A stretch of 64,000 nt of DNA from assembly GCA_041659065.1 (NCBI GenBank), contig JBAZYY010000006.1:1551-65550 (forward strand), given 5' to 3'. Origin of the DNA: Parcubacteria group bacterium (lineage in GTDB: Bacteria; Patescibacteriota; Minisyncoccia; Moranbacterales; UBA11712). Below, in pieces: positions 32,186 through 42,117 of the stretch (its first letter is position 1; every line of letters starts with the position of its first letter). Made by a program: the position numbers and the translations under genes. The notes beneath the pieces were generated by a model, which did not search any database, was not told the origin of the DNA, and saw nothing but the letters and a program-made list of their open reading frames with translations.

Positions 32186-33730
32186 ATGACAAAAAATAAA
32201 AAGAGGGGATCAGTTTTGATATATATAGTAATCATTTCTTCCATGGCGGCGGTCATTTTGGTTGGGCTCGCAGGCTTTGTCGTGTCAAGATATAAAAATG
32301 GCCGCTATGCCAATAACCGCGAGCAAACATTCCAAATTGCTGAAGCGGGTGTCTATTGGTATCGTTGGTATTTGGCGCATACAGTAGAAGGGAAACCTCC
32401 TATTGAGAAAAGAGAGTTTTGGGAGGGTGGTACGGCTAAAGGGGTGGGTGTCCCCTACGAGGAAGAAGTAAAGGATCCGGAAGGAAACCCTGTGGGAAAA
32501 TACAGCATTCAGGTGACTGCTCCCGATCCGGATTCAACGATAGTAATAGTAGAATCAACTGGGTGGACGTATAAATTTCCTAGCCAGAAAAGATCTGTTA
32601 GAGTTAGATTCAGACAGCCAGCCTGGTGCGAATATGCCGTAGTAGCAGACGATGATATGCGCTTTGGAGAAGGTACGGAAACTTTTGGGCCTATCCATTC
32701 AAACAAAGGCGTGCGCTTTGATGGTATAGCCCACAATATCGTCTCCAGTCACATACCGGAATACGATGACCCGGACCATTGTGAGCATTACAACCGTTAT
32801 GAACAATGCGATCTCAACAAAAATGAATTTGGAGTTCATACGCACGTTGATCCTCCCCCGGAAACGGGAATAGACGATAGTTTTCGGCCGCTCGAAGCGC
32901 CGCCCACCAGCCCGGTTCCGGATCGATCGGATGTGTTTCAAGCGGGTAGGCAATTTCCTATTCCAGAGAAAAACTTCAGCGACTTAATATCAGATTTTAA
33001 CTTAATGAAGCAATACGCCGAATCAGACGGGAAGTATTTTGGTGACGATACTACTCAGGAATATAATTGTTACGGAAGCGGAAGAAGAAGAGTCTGTCGT
33101 TGGGAAGACGTTCCGGTGTATGGATATCACATTATACTCAAGGAAGATCATACGATGGATGTATCCATGGTAAAGAGTTATGATACAAGTGCGTATAGCA
33201 TTACTGTAGGAGAGGAAACGACGCCCGAAAATTATCCGATTCCGGACGGACAAGTGGTGTTTGTGGAAAATAACGTTTGGATCGAAGGAAAGATTAACGG
33301 AGACCGGGTAACAATTATCGCAGCCGACTTGTCGCCTAACCCTGATCCCAAAAGCATTTATATAAACAAAGATATTCTGTATACTAAAAAGGATGGCACG
33401 GATATTCTGGGCCTTATCGCTCAAAAGGATGTCTCCATCGGATTGTACTCCGAAGATGATTTGGAGATAGACGCTTCTCTTCTGGCGCAAAAAGGCAGGG
33501 TTGGAAGAGATCATTATTCATGGCCGACTTGGCCGGTGGACTATGTGCACAGAAGCGCTATAACTGTCTACGGGTCTTTGGTGACAAAGGAAAGATACGG
33601 GTTTTCTTGGACTGACGATACGGGCTATACCACGCGGAATTTGTATTTTGATAATAATCTTGTCTATTGGCCCCCGCCATATTTTCCTACCGGGGATAAA
33701 TATCAAATTGATCTTTGGGAGGAGCTATAA
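32186..33730 (+). CDS. PilX/GspK-like tip pilin
   Basis: 'KRG|SVLIYIV' (no Glu5), 'IAEAGV' and a C-terminal 'W-E-E' motif. Confidence 0.75.
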   Translation: MTKNKKRGSVLIYIVIISSMAAVILVGLAGFVVSRYKNGRYANNREQTFQIAEAGVYWYRWYLAHTVEGKPPIEKREFWEGGTAKGVGVPYEEEVKDPEGNPVGKYSIQVTAPDPDSTIVIVESTGWTYKFPSQKRSVRVRFRQPAWCEYAVVADDDMRFGEGTETFGPIHSNKGVRFDGIAHNIVSSHIPEYDDPDHCEHYNRYEQCDLNKNEFGVHTHVDPPPETGIDDSFRPLEAPPTSPVPDRSDVFQAGRQFPIPEKNFSDLISDFNLMKQYAESDGKYFGDDTTQEYNCYGSGRRRVCRWEDVPVYGYHIILKEDHTMDVSMVKSYDTSAYSITVGEETTPENYPIPDGQVVFVENNVWIEGKINGDRVTIIAADLSPNPDPKSIYINKDILYTKKDGTDILGLIAQKDVSIGLYSEDDLEIDASLLAQKGRVGRDHYSWPTWPVDYVHRSAITVYGSLVTKERYGFSWTDDTGYTTRNLYFDNNLVYWPPPYFPTGDKYQIDLWEEL

Positions 33731-33759
33731 TTATTAAAATAGAAAGAGAAAAGTAGAAG

Positions 33760-34824
33760 ATGCAATTCAAATTATTCGGAAAAAAATCCAACGCTTTCGG
33801 ATTGGAAATTGAGGATGGCTCGCTCAAGGCTTTTCGGCTGGAGAAGAAAAGGGACGAATACGAAATTTCCGCTTTTAGTAAAAAGGACATAAAAAAGGGC
33901 CTGGTTACTGAGGGTGTGGTGGTTAATGCAGCAGAGTTGGCAAAAGAGATAAGAGATCTTATGAGCTCATCAAAATGCCGACCCATAAAATGTAAACAGG
34001 TTATTTTCTCCATACCGGAAACAAAATCTTTCATCAGAACAATCAGAATACCAAAGATGTCGAGAGAGGAAGCTGGAGAAGCGGTGAAATGGGAAACAGA
34101 AGCTAATATTCCCATCGCAGTCGATATGGTTTATCTGGATTGGCAGGTGATTCGCTCCGACGAAAACCAGGAGGAAGTCTTGGTAGCCGCTGTTCCCAAA
34201 ACCGTAGTGGATGCATATTGCGAAGCAATGAAGCAGGCGGGTATCTCTCCGATTGCAGTGGAGATTGATATAATTGCGACAATTCGGAGCCTGACAACCG
34301 CGGAAAACAATCGAAAACCCACTCTTATCGTAGATATTGGCGCCGAAAAGACGAGCCTGGCTATTTGCAAAGATCAGATTCCTTATTTCACTTCCAGTAT
34401 ACCTCTTTGCGGGAAAACGTTTACGGATGCCTTACAGAAAGAGGTAGGGGTTGGCAAGGAGAAAGCGGAGGAAATAAAATATAAATATGGACTTGGGAGA
34501 ATGAGGCAAGATGATACTCTTTTCAAGGTCTATAATCCCTTGCTTGAGAATCTGGCTTCCGAGATTGATCGTTCAATCAGCTTCTATTCCGAGTCAATAA
34601 ATACCGAAGAGAAAGTGGAAGACATCATCCTGAGCGGAGGGGGGGCCTTGATGATCGAACTAGTGGATTATCTCAATGAAAAAGTGAAGAAGCGAGTCGT
34701 TTTGGGAGATCCGTTCATTGGGGTCAAAATAAAAAAAGGTTCTCAGACGCCTTCTCCCGAAGATATCCTTTCATACGCAACGTCGATTGGACTAGCTTTA
34801 AGAAATTTTTCCTATGATGATTAG
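33760..34824 (+). CDS. pilM: type IV pilus assembly protein PilM
   Basis: Actin-like motifs 'FGLEIED', 'IVDIGAEKT', 'ILSGGGA' and 'IGLALR'. Confidence 0.9.
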   Translation: MQFKLFGKKSNAFGLEIEDGSLKAFRLEKKRDEYEISAFSKKDIKKGLVTEGVVVNAAELAKEIRDLMSSSKCRPIKCKQVIFSIPETKSFIRTIRIPKMSREEAGEAVKWETEANIPIAVDMVYLDWQVIRSDENQEEVLVAAVPKTVVDAYCEAMKQAGISPIAVEIDIIATIRSLTTAENNRKPTLIVDIGAEKTSLAICKDQIPYFTSSIPLCGKTFTDALQKEVGVGKEKAEEIKYKYGLGRMRQDDTLFKVYNPLLENLASEIDRSISFYSESINTEEKVEDIILSGGGALMIELVDYLNEKVKKRVVLGDPFIGVKIKKGSQTPSPEDILSYATSIGLALRNFSYDD

Positions 34825-35359
34825 CATAAACGTGCTGCCGGATAATTTAAAAGAGAAGCTGCGCAAAGAAAAAGAAACGAGAAAAATTTTGCAACTTAGC
34901 TTCTCTTTGATTTTCGCGATGGTGGTGTTATCTGGAACGCTATTTGCTGTCCAGATCGCGCTGAATATAGAAAGAAGCGGCGAGCGTGAAGCGAATATGC
35001 ACAGCCAAAATCGCCCGAGCATAAATGTCGAGCAAGATGGCAAATTGCTCCAGGACTTGGATATGGAATCGCAGAAGCTTGTCAAAATTGGAGCTGAGAT
35101 CCCCCACTGGCCGAAAGTATTCAAAAAAATATCCGAAGTGTGTCCAGAAGGGTTGAAAATAAGCTCATTGAAAGGCGAAGGCGAGCATGTTAAAATTGCC
35201 GGTTTTTCGAAAACCAGGGAAGCTCTCCTGAACTTCCAAGACAGTTTAAGAAAAGAGGGTTTTCAAGTGCCAGATTCGCTTAATAATCTCGTATCTCCTT
35301 CGGACATCAACTTCAATCTCGAAATGGATGTTGACAAGGGTTATCTATATGATCAATAA
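34814..35359 (+). CDS. pilN: PilN-like protein
   Basis: 'INVLP' PilM-binding motif, one TM helix, position after pilM. Confidence 0.8.
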   Translation: MMISINVLPDNLKEKLRKEKETRKILQLSFSLIFAMVVLSGTLFAVQIALNIERSGEREANMHSQNRPSINVEQDGKLLQDLDMESQKLVKIGAEIPHWPKVFKKISEVCPEGLKISSLKGEGEHVKIAGFSKTREALLNFQDSLRKEGFQVPDSLNNLVSPSDINFNLEMDVDKGYLYDQ

Positions 35360-35379
35360 AGCTCAAGGTTTCTAAATTA

Positions 35380-36087
35380 ATGAACAGATTCGCGGACAAA
35401 AAAATACTCCTAATCATTATTGCAATAATAGTAGTACTGGCGTCTTTGGGCTGGTTGACTTTTTTCTATCAGGCAAAAAAAATTAGAGATACTGCGGCGG
35501 GCATTCAAAAAGAAAAACTTGATTGGCAAGTGCAGAAGGAAAAAAGTCAAAAAATAAGCCAGCTTAAAAAGAGCCTGGGCGATCTGGAAACGCATAAAAA
35601 CGATATGGAAGGTTTCTACGCCGACAAAAACAATGCATTGCCCCTTATTAAATCCTTGGAGGCAATCGCCGGTGAAACGGGAAACGAAATTACAATCACC
35701 GTGGCTGATTTAAGCAAACTTGCGAGTGCTCAGAAAAAAACTGTCCCAAAGGATAGTGACGAGGATGCGGCGACTGCAAAAAAAGACTCAGCTGCCACTA
35801 AGGACAGTAATACGAAAAGCACTGCCTCGGCTCAAAATTTTAAGAATAATTTAGGATTTAATTTGGAATTAAGCGGAACCTATCCGCAGTTGGTTAATTT
35901 TTTAATAAAAATGGAAAACCTGCCCTATTTTGTAAGAATATATAATTATAGCGTTGATGCGTTTATAAAAAATAAGCCGAGCAGCAGCTCCAACCAAAGT
36001 AGTAATTCAGGGGCTTCAGGTGAAATACCGGAGGGTAAACTCGTAAAGTCTAATATTTTAATCATGGTCTATACGAATGGGCAATAA
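35380..36087 (+). CDS. PilO-like protein
   Basis: TM helix, coiled coil and 'LSGTY..L.NFL.KMENLPY'. Confidence 0.7.
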   Translation: MNRFADKKILLIIIAIIVVLASLGWLTFFYQAKKIRDTAAGIQKEKLDWQVQKEKSQKISQLKKSLGDLETHKNDMEGFYADKNNALPLIKSLEAIAGETGNEITITVADLSKLASAQKKTVPKDSDEDAATAKKDSAATKDSNTKSTASAQNFKNNLGFNLELSGTYPQLVNFLIKMENLPYFVRIYNYSVDAFIKNKPSSSSNQSSNSGASGEIPEGKLVKSNILIMVYTNGQ

Positions 36088-36403
36088 AGACGGTGATAAA
36101 AAAAGTATTTTAGGAATTGTCAGGAAAAAAGCAGCTAATTCAGGCAAATTTTTACTGCGCTGGTTGTATCTTTTCGTGCTAGTTGGGATCGCAGCTTATT
36201 CCGCTATGATTTGGTATTACAACATTTATCAGGGAGATTGGAGCGAGGAACAAAAAAAAGAGTATATCAATGAACAATCTAAATTTTCTTTTGATAAAAA
36301 AAGCTTTGATAAAATAACTGACTTGGTCGAAAATAAGAAGCAATACTTTTCAGCTCCGGCTAACTTTGAGGGAAAGGACGTATTCTATCCGGACGGATTT
36401 TAA
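36077..36403 (+). CDS. hypothetical single-TM protein, last gene of pilus operon
   Basis: Overlaps the pilO-like stop codon; one TM helix. Confidence 0.7.
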   Translation: MGNKDGDKKSILGIVRKKAANSGKFLLRWLYLFVLVGIAAYSAMIWYYNIYQGDWSEEQKKEYINEQSKFSFDKKSFDKITDLVENKKQYFSAPANFEGKDVFYPDGF

Positions 36404-36574
36404 AATTTTACGAACTACTAATTTCGTACTAATATACGAACCGATTTTTAATAAGTTTTATGTGAAGTCTAAGATTATCTTTAGCACGGAATTCGTTTGT
36501 ATGTCCTTAATTAGTTTGCAGATAAATATCATTGACCGAAAGGTCGTTTTTTGTTAGATTAATTCAGTATTTAC

Positions 36575-36648
36575 GCCCCGATAGCTCAATCGGATAGAGT
36601 GTCTGGCTTCGGACCAGAAGGTTAGAGGTTCGAGTCCTCTTCGGGGCA
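36575..36648 (+). tRNA. tRNA-Arg(UCG)
   Basis: GCCCCGA/TCGGGGC acceptor and TCTGG-CTTCGGA-CCAGA arm; TTGACC-N17-TAGATT promoter upstream. Confidence 0.95.
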
Positions 36649-36706
36649 CAGTTATCGACAGGCGGGGATCTAGAAGGGCCTAGTTTCGGGTCCCAAAGGA
36701 CGCATA

Positions 36707-36739
36707 TAAAAAAGCCCTATGGTTTGCATCGGGCTTTTT
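36707..36739. terminator. bidirectional terminator
   Basis: AAAAAAAGCCC...GGGCTTTTT. Confidence 0.7.
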
Positions 36740-36752
36740 GAAATTATAAATG

Positions 36753-38567
36753 CTATTTGTCGATAATGCAGGCTGCTGTTTTAGGTAGTGAGAATGAAAC
36801 AGCGGTTCCTTTATTCTCCTCACTCTCAAATGAAATTGTTCCGCAGTGTCGATCGATTATATTTTTCACCATGTAGAGGCCTAAACCGCTGCCAGAAGTT
36901 TGGAAAAGCAAGGCGTTGTCGGCTCGAAAAAACTTGCTGAATAAGCGGTGTTTTTGATCTTCGGGTACGCCAATTCCCGTGTCCCTTACCTTGAATTCAA
37001 CGGAGCCGTCTTTTCCCCGGACGGACAATGCCACTTCTCCGCCCGGAGAGGTGTACTTCACGGCATTGTCGATTAGGTTATCAAAAACAATTGACATTTT
37101 ATCAGAGTCTATCATTAGCTCATGAAGCTCATTTGAATCAAATTCAAGCTTAAGATTTATGCCCTTTTCTTTTGCTATTGGCAGATATCTCTTGTAGGTA
37201 TTTTCTATGAGCTCAGTAATTGATTTTTTTGAGAAGTTAAAACCATACTTTCCCTCTTCTATATGAGCGACATTCAGTAAATCGTTTATGAGCTCAATCG
37301 TATGATTGATTGCTTTGAGTCCGTCCTCGATTATTTTTTGCTGATCCGCCGTAAGCGAACCCGGATCACTTTCGAGGAGCGCCAGATAAGACCATTTAAT
37401 GCCAGTCAAAGGGGTGCGCAGTTGGTGGGCGGCGACCGAAACGAACTCTGATTTTATCGTATCCATCTCCTGGAGCTTCCTGTTGGCTTCCAGCAGCTCC
37501 AGATCGCGACCAACCAGTAGTTTCGTAGTCTTGTCTAGCTCGGCCAATTGCTCTGTCCTTTTTTTTACTTCAGCATCCAGGTTTTCTTTCCCCTGGTTCA
37601 AGTCTGAGAATATTAATCTCAATTCTCTCGCATTAGCTATCAGCAGGATAAGCAGGGAAGATGTCAAAATAATAAATATCAACGACACTTTTTTTATCTT
37701 GTCATAAGCAAGAAGTGCCTGCTTTCTGGGTTCATCTAAAAATACTCCCCAACCCAGCCCGCCGTTAAAAACCGCCCCGGATATTATCCGAGTTTCTTTA
37801 GCGTCCCTTCTATATTCCAAATAGTTGAGATCGGTCTTGTCTTTTATGACTCGGCGCACTCCAGGATAGGAAAGCATATTTTCCCTTTTAAGAACCAAAG
37901 AATTATCACTCGGGTTTCCAATAAGAAAGCCTTCTGAATCAACAAGGAACATTTTCTGTCTGGGGTTGGTCAAGCGTGAGTTAGACAGGATGTTCCATAT
38001 TTCTTGAAGCGAAAGTTGGGCCAGAAGTACCTCCGATTCATCATCACCCGCGCCTTTGAAGGAGATGCCAATCTCGAAATAGGGAGTTGCCTTTTTAGTC
38101 ATCTCTATGCGGCCTAAGTAAGTCTTATCTTTCAAAGTTCCTTGGAATCCTTGGGTCTCGGACACATTGGGCAAGCTTTGGCTGTCAAAAACGGAAAATT
38201 TCGACACTCTTATTTTCTCTTGGCCAGATAAGTCAGCAACTGATATCTCCATGAACAAGCTATTCTCTCGCATGAATTTTTCAACCATCTTCTTTTTCTC
38301 CAGCTCGTTCTCGGTCAATATTAATTTATCCGATAGAGTTGATAGAGAATCTATATTGTTTTCCACGGACGCCTCTAACTCTGCGCGGGATGCATCAACG
38401 AGGCTCCTGCGTTGGGAGACAATATTTTCCTTAACACTAGCCATGCTTGGTTGGAAGAAACTGTAGTATGAAAAAATAAGAATAAAAGAAACAATAATAA
38501 TCACAACTTGTATTAGGAGCGCGGGCCTTTTCTTGAAAAATATTTTTATCTTTTGAACAATTTTCAT
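36753..38567 (-). CDS. sensor histidine kinase with extracytoplasmic Cache-like domain
   Basis: TM-sensor-TM layout ('MFLVDSEGFLI', 'WGVFLDEP'), H-box 'AHQLRTPL', 'NAVKYT', 'DTGIG' and 'GSGLGL'. Confidence 0.9.
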   Translation of the reverse strand: MKIVQKIKIFFKKRPALLIQVVIIIVSFILIFSYYSFFQPSMASVKENIVSQRRSLVDASRAELEASVENNIDSLSTLSDKLILTENELEKKKMVEKFMRENSLFMEISVADLSGQEKIRVSKFSVFDSQSLPNVSETQGFQGTLKDKTYLGRIEMTKKATPYFEIGISFKGAGDDESEVLLAQLSLQEIWNILSNSRLTNPRQKMFLVDSEGFLIGNPSDNSLVLKRENMLSYPGVRRVIKDKTDLNYLEYRRDAKETRIISGAVFNGGLGWGVFLDEPRKQALLAYDKIKKVSLIFIILTSSLLILLIANARELRLIFSDLNQGKENLDAEVKKRTEQLAELDKTTKLLVGRDLELLEANRKLQEMDTIKSEFVSVAAHQLRTPLTGIKWSYLALLESDPGSLTADQQKIIEDGLKAINHTIELINDLLNVAHIEEGKYGFNFSKKSITELIENTYKRYLPIAKEKGINLKLEFDSNELHELMIDSDKMSIVFDNLIDNAVKYTSPGGEVALSVRGKDGSVEFKVRDTGIGVPEDQKHRLFSKFFRADNALLFQTSGSGLGLYMVKNIIDRHCGTISFESEENKGTAVSFSLPKTAACIIDK

Positions 38568-38571
38568 AAGG

Positions 38572-39597
38572 TTAGAAAATGACCTTATCGGCTTCTGTGG
38601 TAATGGCTGAATCAATCTCTCTTCCACTCTCCTTAATTTGCTTAAGATTCACAATGATATCCAGTTTACTTGGAGTTATAACGGGAATATTGTCCGGTTT
38701 TTGTCCGGATAAAATACTGATTACAGTTGAAGCACACTGGCTGCCAAGATCGTAAAAATTTGCTCCGTAAGCCAGGGAAACGCCTTGTTCCATCAGGGTT
38801 TGCTCATGCGCCATGGACGGTATATTGAGCTCTAATGATTTTTGGATGACAAGATCTATATTGCTGACAACCATGGCATCAGGTACGACATAGATGCCAT
38901 CATATTCTCCTGTTTTTAAAGCCGCGAGGGCATCTCTGAGTTCGTCTGTATTCTTCACTTCAAATTCCCTAAGGTTGATTCCTAGCGCCATTGCGGCAGG
39001 CCTGAGGTTTTGAATTGATAGCGTGGAAAAAGAATTTTCAGGATTATAAAAAGTAACGACCCGATCTATACCTGGAAATGCTTCCTTGAAGATCTCGAGT
39101 CTCTTGCCGGAAAGCTCCGCGGAAAGATTTGAGCATCCGGTAAGATTTGTTTCGGTCCGCGAATAGCTTTTTATAAATCCGGCCCCAAGCGGATCACCAA
39201 CGGCATTAAAGACTATCGGGATGTCGGAGCTTGCTAATTTCTTCACCTCTGAAGTCACCGGTGTCGAAATTGCATATATTAGATCGGGGTTTTCCCCAAG
39301 CAGGCTTTGTATGGCCTCAGGAAGCTTGGAAGTGTCACCCCTAACGTCGCGAATGATAAATGACACATTCTCGCCTTCGTTGTAGCCCTCTTTCGCAAGT
39401 TGATATCTAAGACCGTCAAAAGCTTGCTGATAGGCGCCTCCAGTGAGCACAACTCCAATGGCGTATTTTTTTGAATGGCTGGATTTGGAGGAAACCAGGT
39501 CCGATAGCCCCTTTAGCTTTATCCCATTTCTAAAAATAATTGTGCTGATTATCACAATTGCTGCCAGGAGGATCAAGAATAATAATGTTTTTTTCAT
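38572..39597 (-). CDS. ABC-type substrate-binding protein (ABC_sub_bind family)
   Basis: 'PIVFNAVGDPLGAG', 'NLTG', 'ILSGQKP.NIPV' and 'IIVNLK'. Confidence 0.85.
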   Translation of the reverse strand: MKKTLLFLILLAAIVIISTIIFRNGIKLKGLSDLVSSKSSHSKKYAIGVVLTGGAYQQAFDGLRYQLAKEGYNEGENVSFIIRDVRGDTSKLPEAIQSLLGENPDLIYAISTPVTSEVKKLASSDIPIVFNAVGDPLGAGFIKSYSRTETNLTGCSNLSAELSGKRLEIFKEAFPGIDRVVTFYNPENSFSTLSIQNLRPAAMALGINLREFEVKNTDELRDALAALKTGEYDGIYVVPDAMVVSNIDLVIQKSLELNIPSMAHEQTLMEQGVSLAYGANFYDLGSQCASTVISILSGQKPDNIPVITPSKLDIIVNLKQIKESGREIDSAITTEADKVIF

Positions 39598-39640
39598 TTT
39601 TTATTTCTGTTTGAGGCTTTCGGCAATGCATTTAACCAGT

Positions 39641-40825
39641 CTAGCTTCCGAGCAGAAGAATAACTGCGGTCTCATTATGGAAGCAGGAGAATGGCCGGAC
39701 GACCTTCCCCCCCAGGGGCGCTTGCTCTCCGTAAGTGTAAAAACCGATCAGAGGAGTGCTGGGCCCAATAACCGATTGGATTGCTTTGATCTCTTCGTCG
39801 GAGTCCGTGCCGAATAATTTGCTGCGTGCGATGCAGTTAAAAATGATAGCAGCCTTGGGTTCCGTACCGTTGAGTTGGGACATAGCCTGAGTAGCTGCCA
39901 ATCGTGCGGCTGCAATAGCTTCGTCCTTACTTCCAATCATAATTCTGACTTCCGAACCCTCGGGTATTTCAGCCGCGAAAGTTATTGCCCCTTTATCGTC
40001 AGCAGTTATAGGGTCGCGTATGAGAAGCTCCGAGCTGCCGTCGACATTCATGCCCAGGGGATAGGTAATAGCAAGGGTGGCAAGTGTTTCCTCTTTAAGC
40101 TCAGCCGCTTTTTCTCCAAAATACTCCTCGTAGAGGCTAATTGCTGGTTTTCCGTCAATTTCTTGGACGACAGCGCCACGTGATTTAGTGACTGTTCTGG
40201 GAATTCCAACTGGAACCCATCCATGCCTGACGCCGATTCCGGTCGAAAAGTTACCGGAGAGCCCGACTCCGGTTATTGATGAAGGTAAGACTTTATCCAA
40301 ATAATAGACGTAAGTTTCCTTAAAAAGAAAATCGTCGCCTGCTGCTCCTCCTACAATCAGAAAATCTTTTCCAAGCACGTCTTGAACGCCTCTTACGATA
40401 TCGGCTCCGTTTCCCCTCAAAACATCAGTCAGCATAATAAATAGGCGAATCGGATCCGTAGCTTTGCCAGTAATGTCTTTGGCGAGTTCAGATCCGGCAA
40501 TACGTGCATTTTCCTCGATTCTCCCTCCTGTTCCGACGGTAAATTTAACTGTATCCGATTTCAAGGCCATAACCGCTACGCCACCTTTTGAAGCGCCATC
40601 GTTGGTTATTTCTCCGGCATCGCTTGCGCCAATGAGAAGCGCGTTACTGCCAGCTTCGCGAATGCCAAGTACGACTTTCTCTTGATTGAGGCTGACCGAA
40701 GAAAACGCTATTATCAAATCCGGGACTTCAACGCCGGCGCTTTTGAGTGCTAGCTTGCATGCTTCGTATCCGGCTTGAAAAGGGTCTTTATTCTTGCTAA
40801 TGCCTACTCCGGCTTGGATAGCCAT
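39641..40825 (-). CDS. FIST N/C-domain sensory protein
   Basis: 'IGASDAGEI', 'VGGAAGDD', 'HGWVP', 'EIDGKPA', 'FNCIAR' and 'GFYTYGE..P...HNET'. Confidence 0.9.
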   Translation of the reverse strand: MAIQAGVGISKNKDPFQAGYEACKLALKSAGVEVPDLIIAFSSVSLNQEKVVLGIREAGSNALLIGASDAGEITNDGASKGGVAVMALKSDTVKFTVGTGGRIEENARIAGSELAKDITGKATDPIRLFIMLTDVLRGNGADIVRGVQDVLGKDFLIVGGAAGDDFLFKETYVYYLDKVLPSSITGVGLSGNFSTGIGVRHGWVPVGIPRTVTKSRGAVVQEIDGKPAISLYEEYFGEKAAELKEETLATLAITYPLGMNVDGSSELLIRDPITADDKGAITFAAEIPEGSEVRIMIGSKDEAIAAARLAATQAMSQLNGTEPKAAIIFNCIARSKLFGTDSDEEIKAIQSVIGPSTPLIGFYTYGEQAPLGGKVVRPFSCFHNETAVILLLGS

Positions 40826-40859
40826 GATTTTTGTTTGGTTATTTTTAAGCTGGGAAGGT

Positions 40860-41678
40860 CTATTTGCTTGATTTGAGAATTTTCTCAACTTTTTCGACAA
40901 TCTCACCGGGCGTGGAATGTGCTTTTACTATATAATCAGAAGCCCCTTCCTTGATTCCCTTATCAATTTCTTCCTGTTGCCCCAAGTTCGACGTAATGAT
41001 AACGGGAATATTGTTGTATTTCTCGTTTTGTTTTAATTCTTTTAGGAAGGTAAATCCATCTGTTCCAGGAAGAACGACGTCTAGCAGCATTAGGTCAATT
41101 TTACTGCTGCCCAATATTTCTCTGGCTTGCGTGACGTTTGAGGCTTTTAGGATATGATATTCTTCTGGGGAAAATTTTTTCTCCAATAGGCTCACCATAA
41201 ACAAATCGTCTTCAACGATCAGGACGTTCATTATTTTTCTTCCGTGTGATGCGCCTTCTTCTAGGGAGGATGGGCTCGGGGATGTTTCTTCTAATTCCAA
41301 CACTTGGTTGACTTTAGCTAGTACTTCATTTGGATTGAAGTTTACTTTTATGAGGTAATCCCGGATTCCAAGCTTTTGGGCGCGTTCAATTTCTATGGGC
41401 TGGCCTGAATTGGAAATAATTACTACGGGTATTTTTGGCAGCAACTTCAACTCAACCATTTTTTCCAGCACTGAGAATCCGTTGAGCTTGGGAAGCATCA
41501 TATCCAAGAGAACTAAGTCAGGTTCAGTTTCTTGGATTAGGGCAAGCCCAGCTTCGCCGTCAGTCGCGGTTTTCACGAGATAGCCGGCTTTTTCGAGCTT
41601 TTGGGTGAGCAAATTTAAAACGATCATTTCGTCTTCAATCAGGACAATGAGTTTTTTGTTGATTTCGCTATCAGGCAT
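40860..41678 (-). CDS. tandem double-receiver response regulator
   Basis: Two complete REC domains ('PDLVLLD', 'IDLMLLD'); no output domain. Confidence 0.9.
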   Translation of the reverse strand: MPDSEINKKLIVLIEDEMIVLNLLTQKLEKAGYLVKTATDGEAGLALIQETEPDLVLLDMMLPKLNGFSVLEKMVELKLLPKIPVVIISNSGQPIEIERAQKLGIRDYLIKVNFNPNEVLAKVNQVLELEETSPSPSSLEEGASHGRKIMNVLIVEDDLFMVSLLEKKFSPEEYHILKASNVTQAREILGSSKIDLMLLDVVLPGTDGFTFLKELKQNEKYNNIPVIITSNLGQQEEIDKGIKEGASDYIVKAHSTPGEIVEKVEKILKSSK

Positions 41679-41745
41679 TTTTTTGTTTTTAAGGTTATTA
41701 TGTTTCTCCTTACCATTTTACGATTTTATCACCCCAGGGTCAAAT

Positions 41746-41777
41746 CAAAATACGGCTTCTTAAGCCGTATTTTGACG
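41746..41777 (-). terminator. terminator after tRNA cluster
   Basis: TCAAAATACGGCTT-CTT-AAGCCGTATTTTGA. Confidence 0.7.
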
Positions 41778-41779
41778 AG

Positions 41780-41853
41780 TGGGCGAGTAAAGGGAATCGA
41801 ACCCTTATTCTTGGGACCACAACCCAATGTCCTACCATTGAACGATACCCGCC
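41780..41853 (-). tRNA. tRNA-His(GUG)
   Basis: G-1 plus GCGGGTA/TACTCGC acceptor, C discriminator and TTGGG-TTGTGGT-CCCAA arm. Confidence 0.95.
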
Positions 41854-41859
41854 ATAAAG

Positions 41860-41950
41860 ATAAATCAAAACTCAAAAATCAAAGTTCAAAATTTTGGAGT
41901 CCCGCCAAAGCGGGATAATTTTTCACTTTCCACTTTTCACTCTGAACTTG
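41860..41950. repeat. bipartite heptamer repeat with central hairpin
   Basis: A-rich TCAAAA[AC] repeats, a TCCCGC-CAAA-GCGGGA hairpin, then TTTTCAC/TTTCCAC repeats. Confidence 0.55.
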
Positions 41951-41975
41951 CTTCGTGCACCCGCCAGGGCTTTTA

Positions 41976-42117
41976 CTCCGCACCAATTCTGGTTTTGTGC
42001 GCTGTGCAGGGATCGAACCTGCGACCGTTGGCTTAAGAGGCCACTGCTCTACCGGCTGAGCTAACAGCGCGTATTATTTAAACGTCTATTGGTTGGTCAA
42101 GCTGAATTGGTGCGGGG
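41976..42117. mobile_element. inverted-repeat-bounded insert carrying a tRNA
   Basis: CTCCGCACCAATTC (41976-41989) and GAATTGGTGCGGGG (42104-42117) are 13/14 complementary; mobility is inferred. Confidence 0.55.
41998..42070 (-). tRNA. tRNA-Lys(CUU), intact, nested inside the split tRNA-Lys
   Basis: 73 nt with GCGCTGT/ACAGCGC acceptor, TGGC-CTCTTAA-GCCA anticodon arm and GCAGG-TTCGATC-CCTGC T-arm. Confidence 0.95.

Noticed and set aside
36481-36510. TTAGCAC as a second CIRCE
   Set aside because: No matching right half-site at 9-nt spacing, and no heat-shock gene downstream.
42073-42100. Internal promoter (TTGACC...AATAAT) for the nested tRNA
   Set aside because: The -10 candidate ends only 2 nt before the tRNA 5' end, too close for a normal start site; not called.
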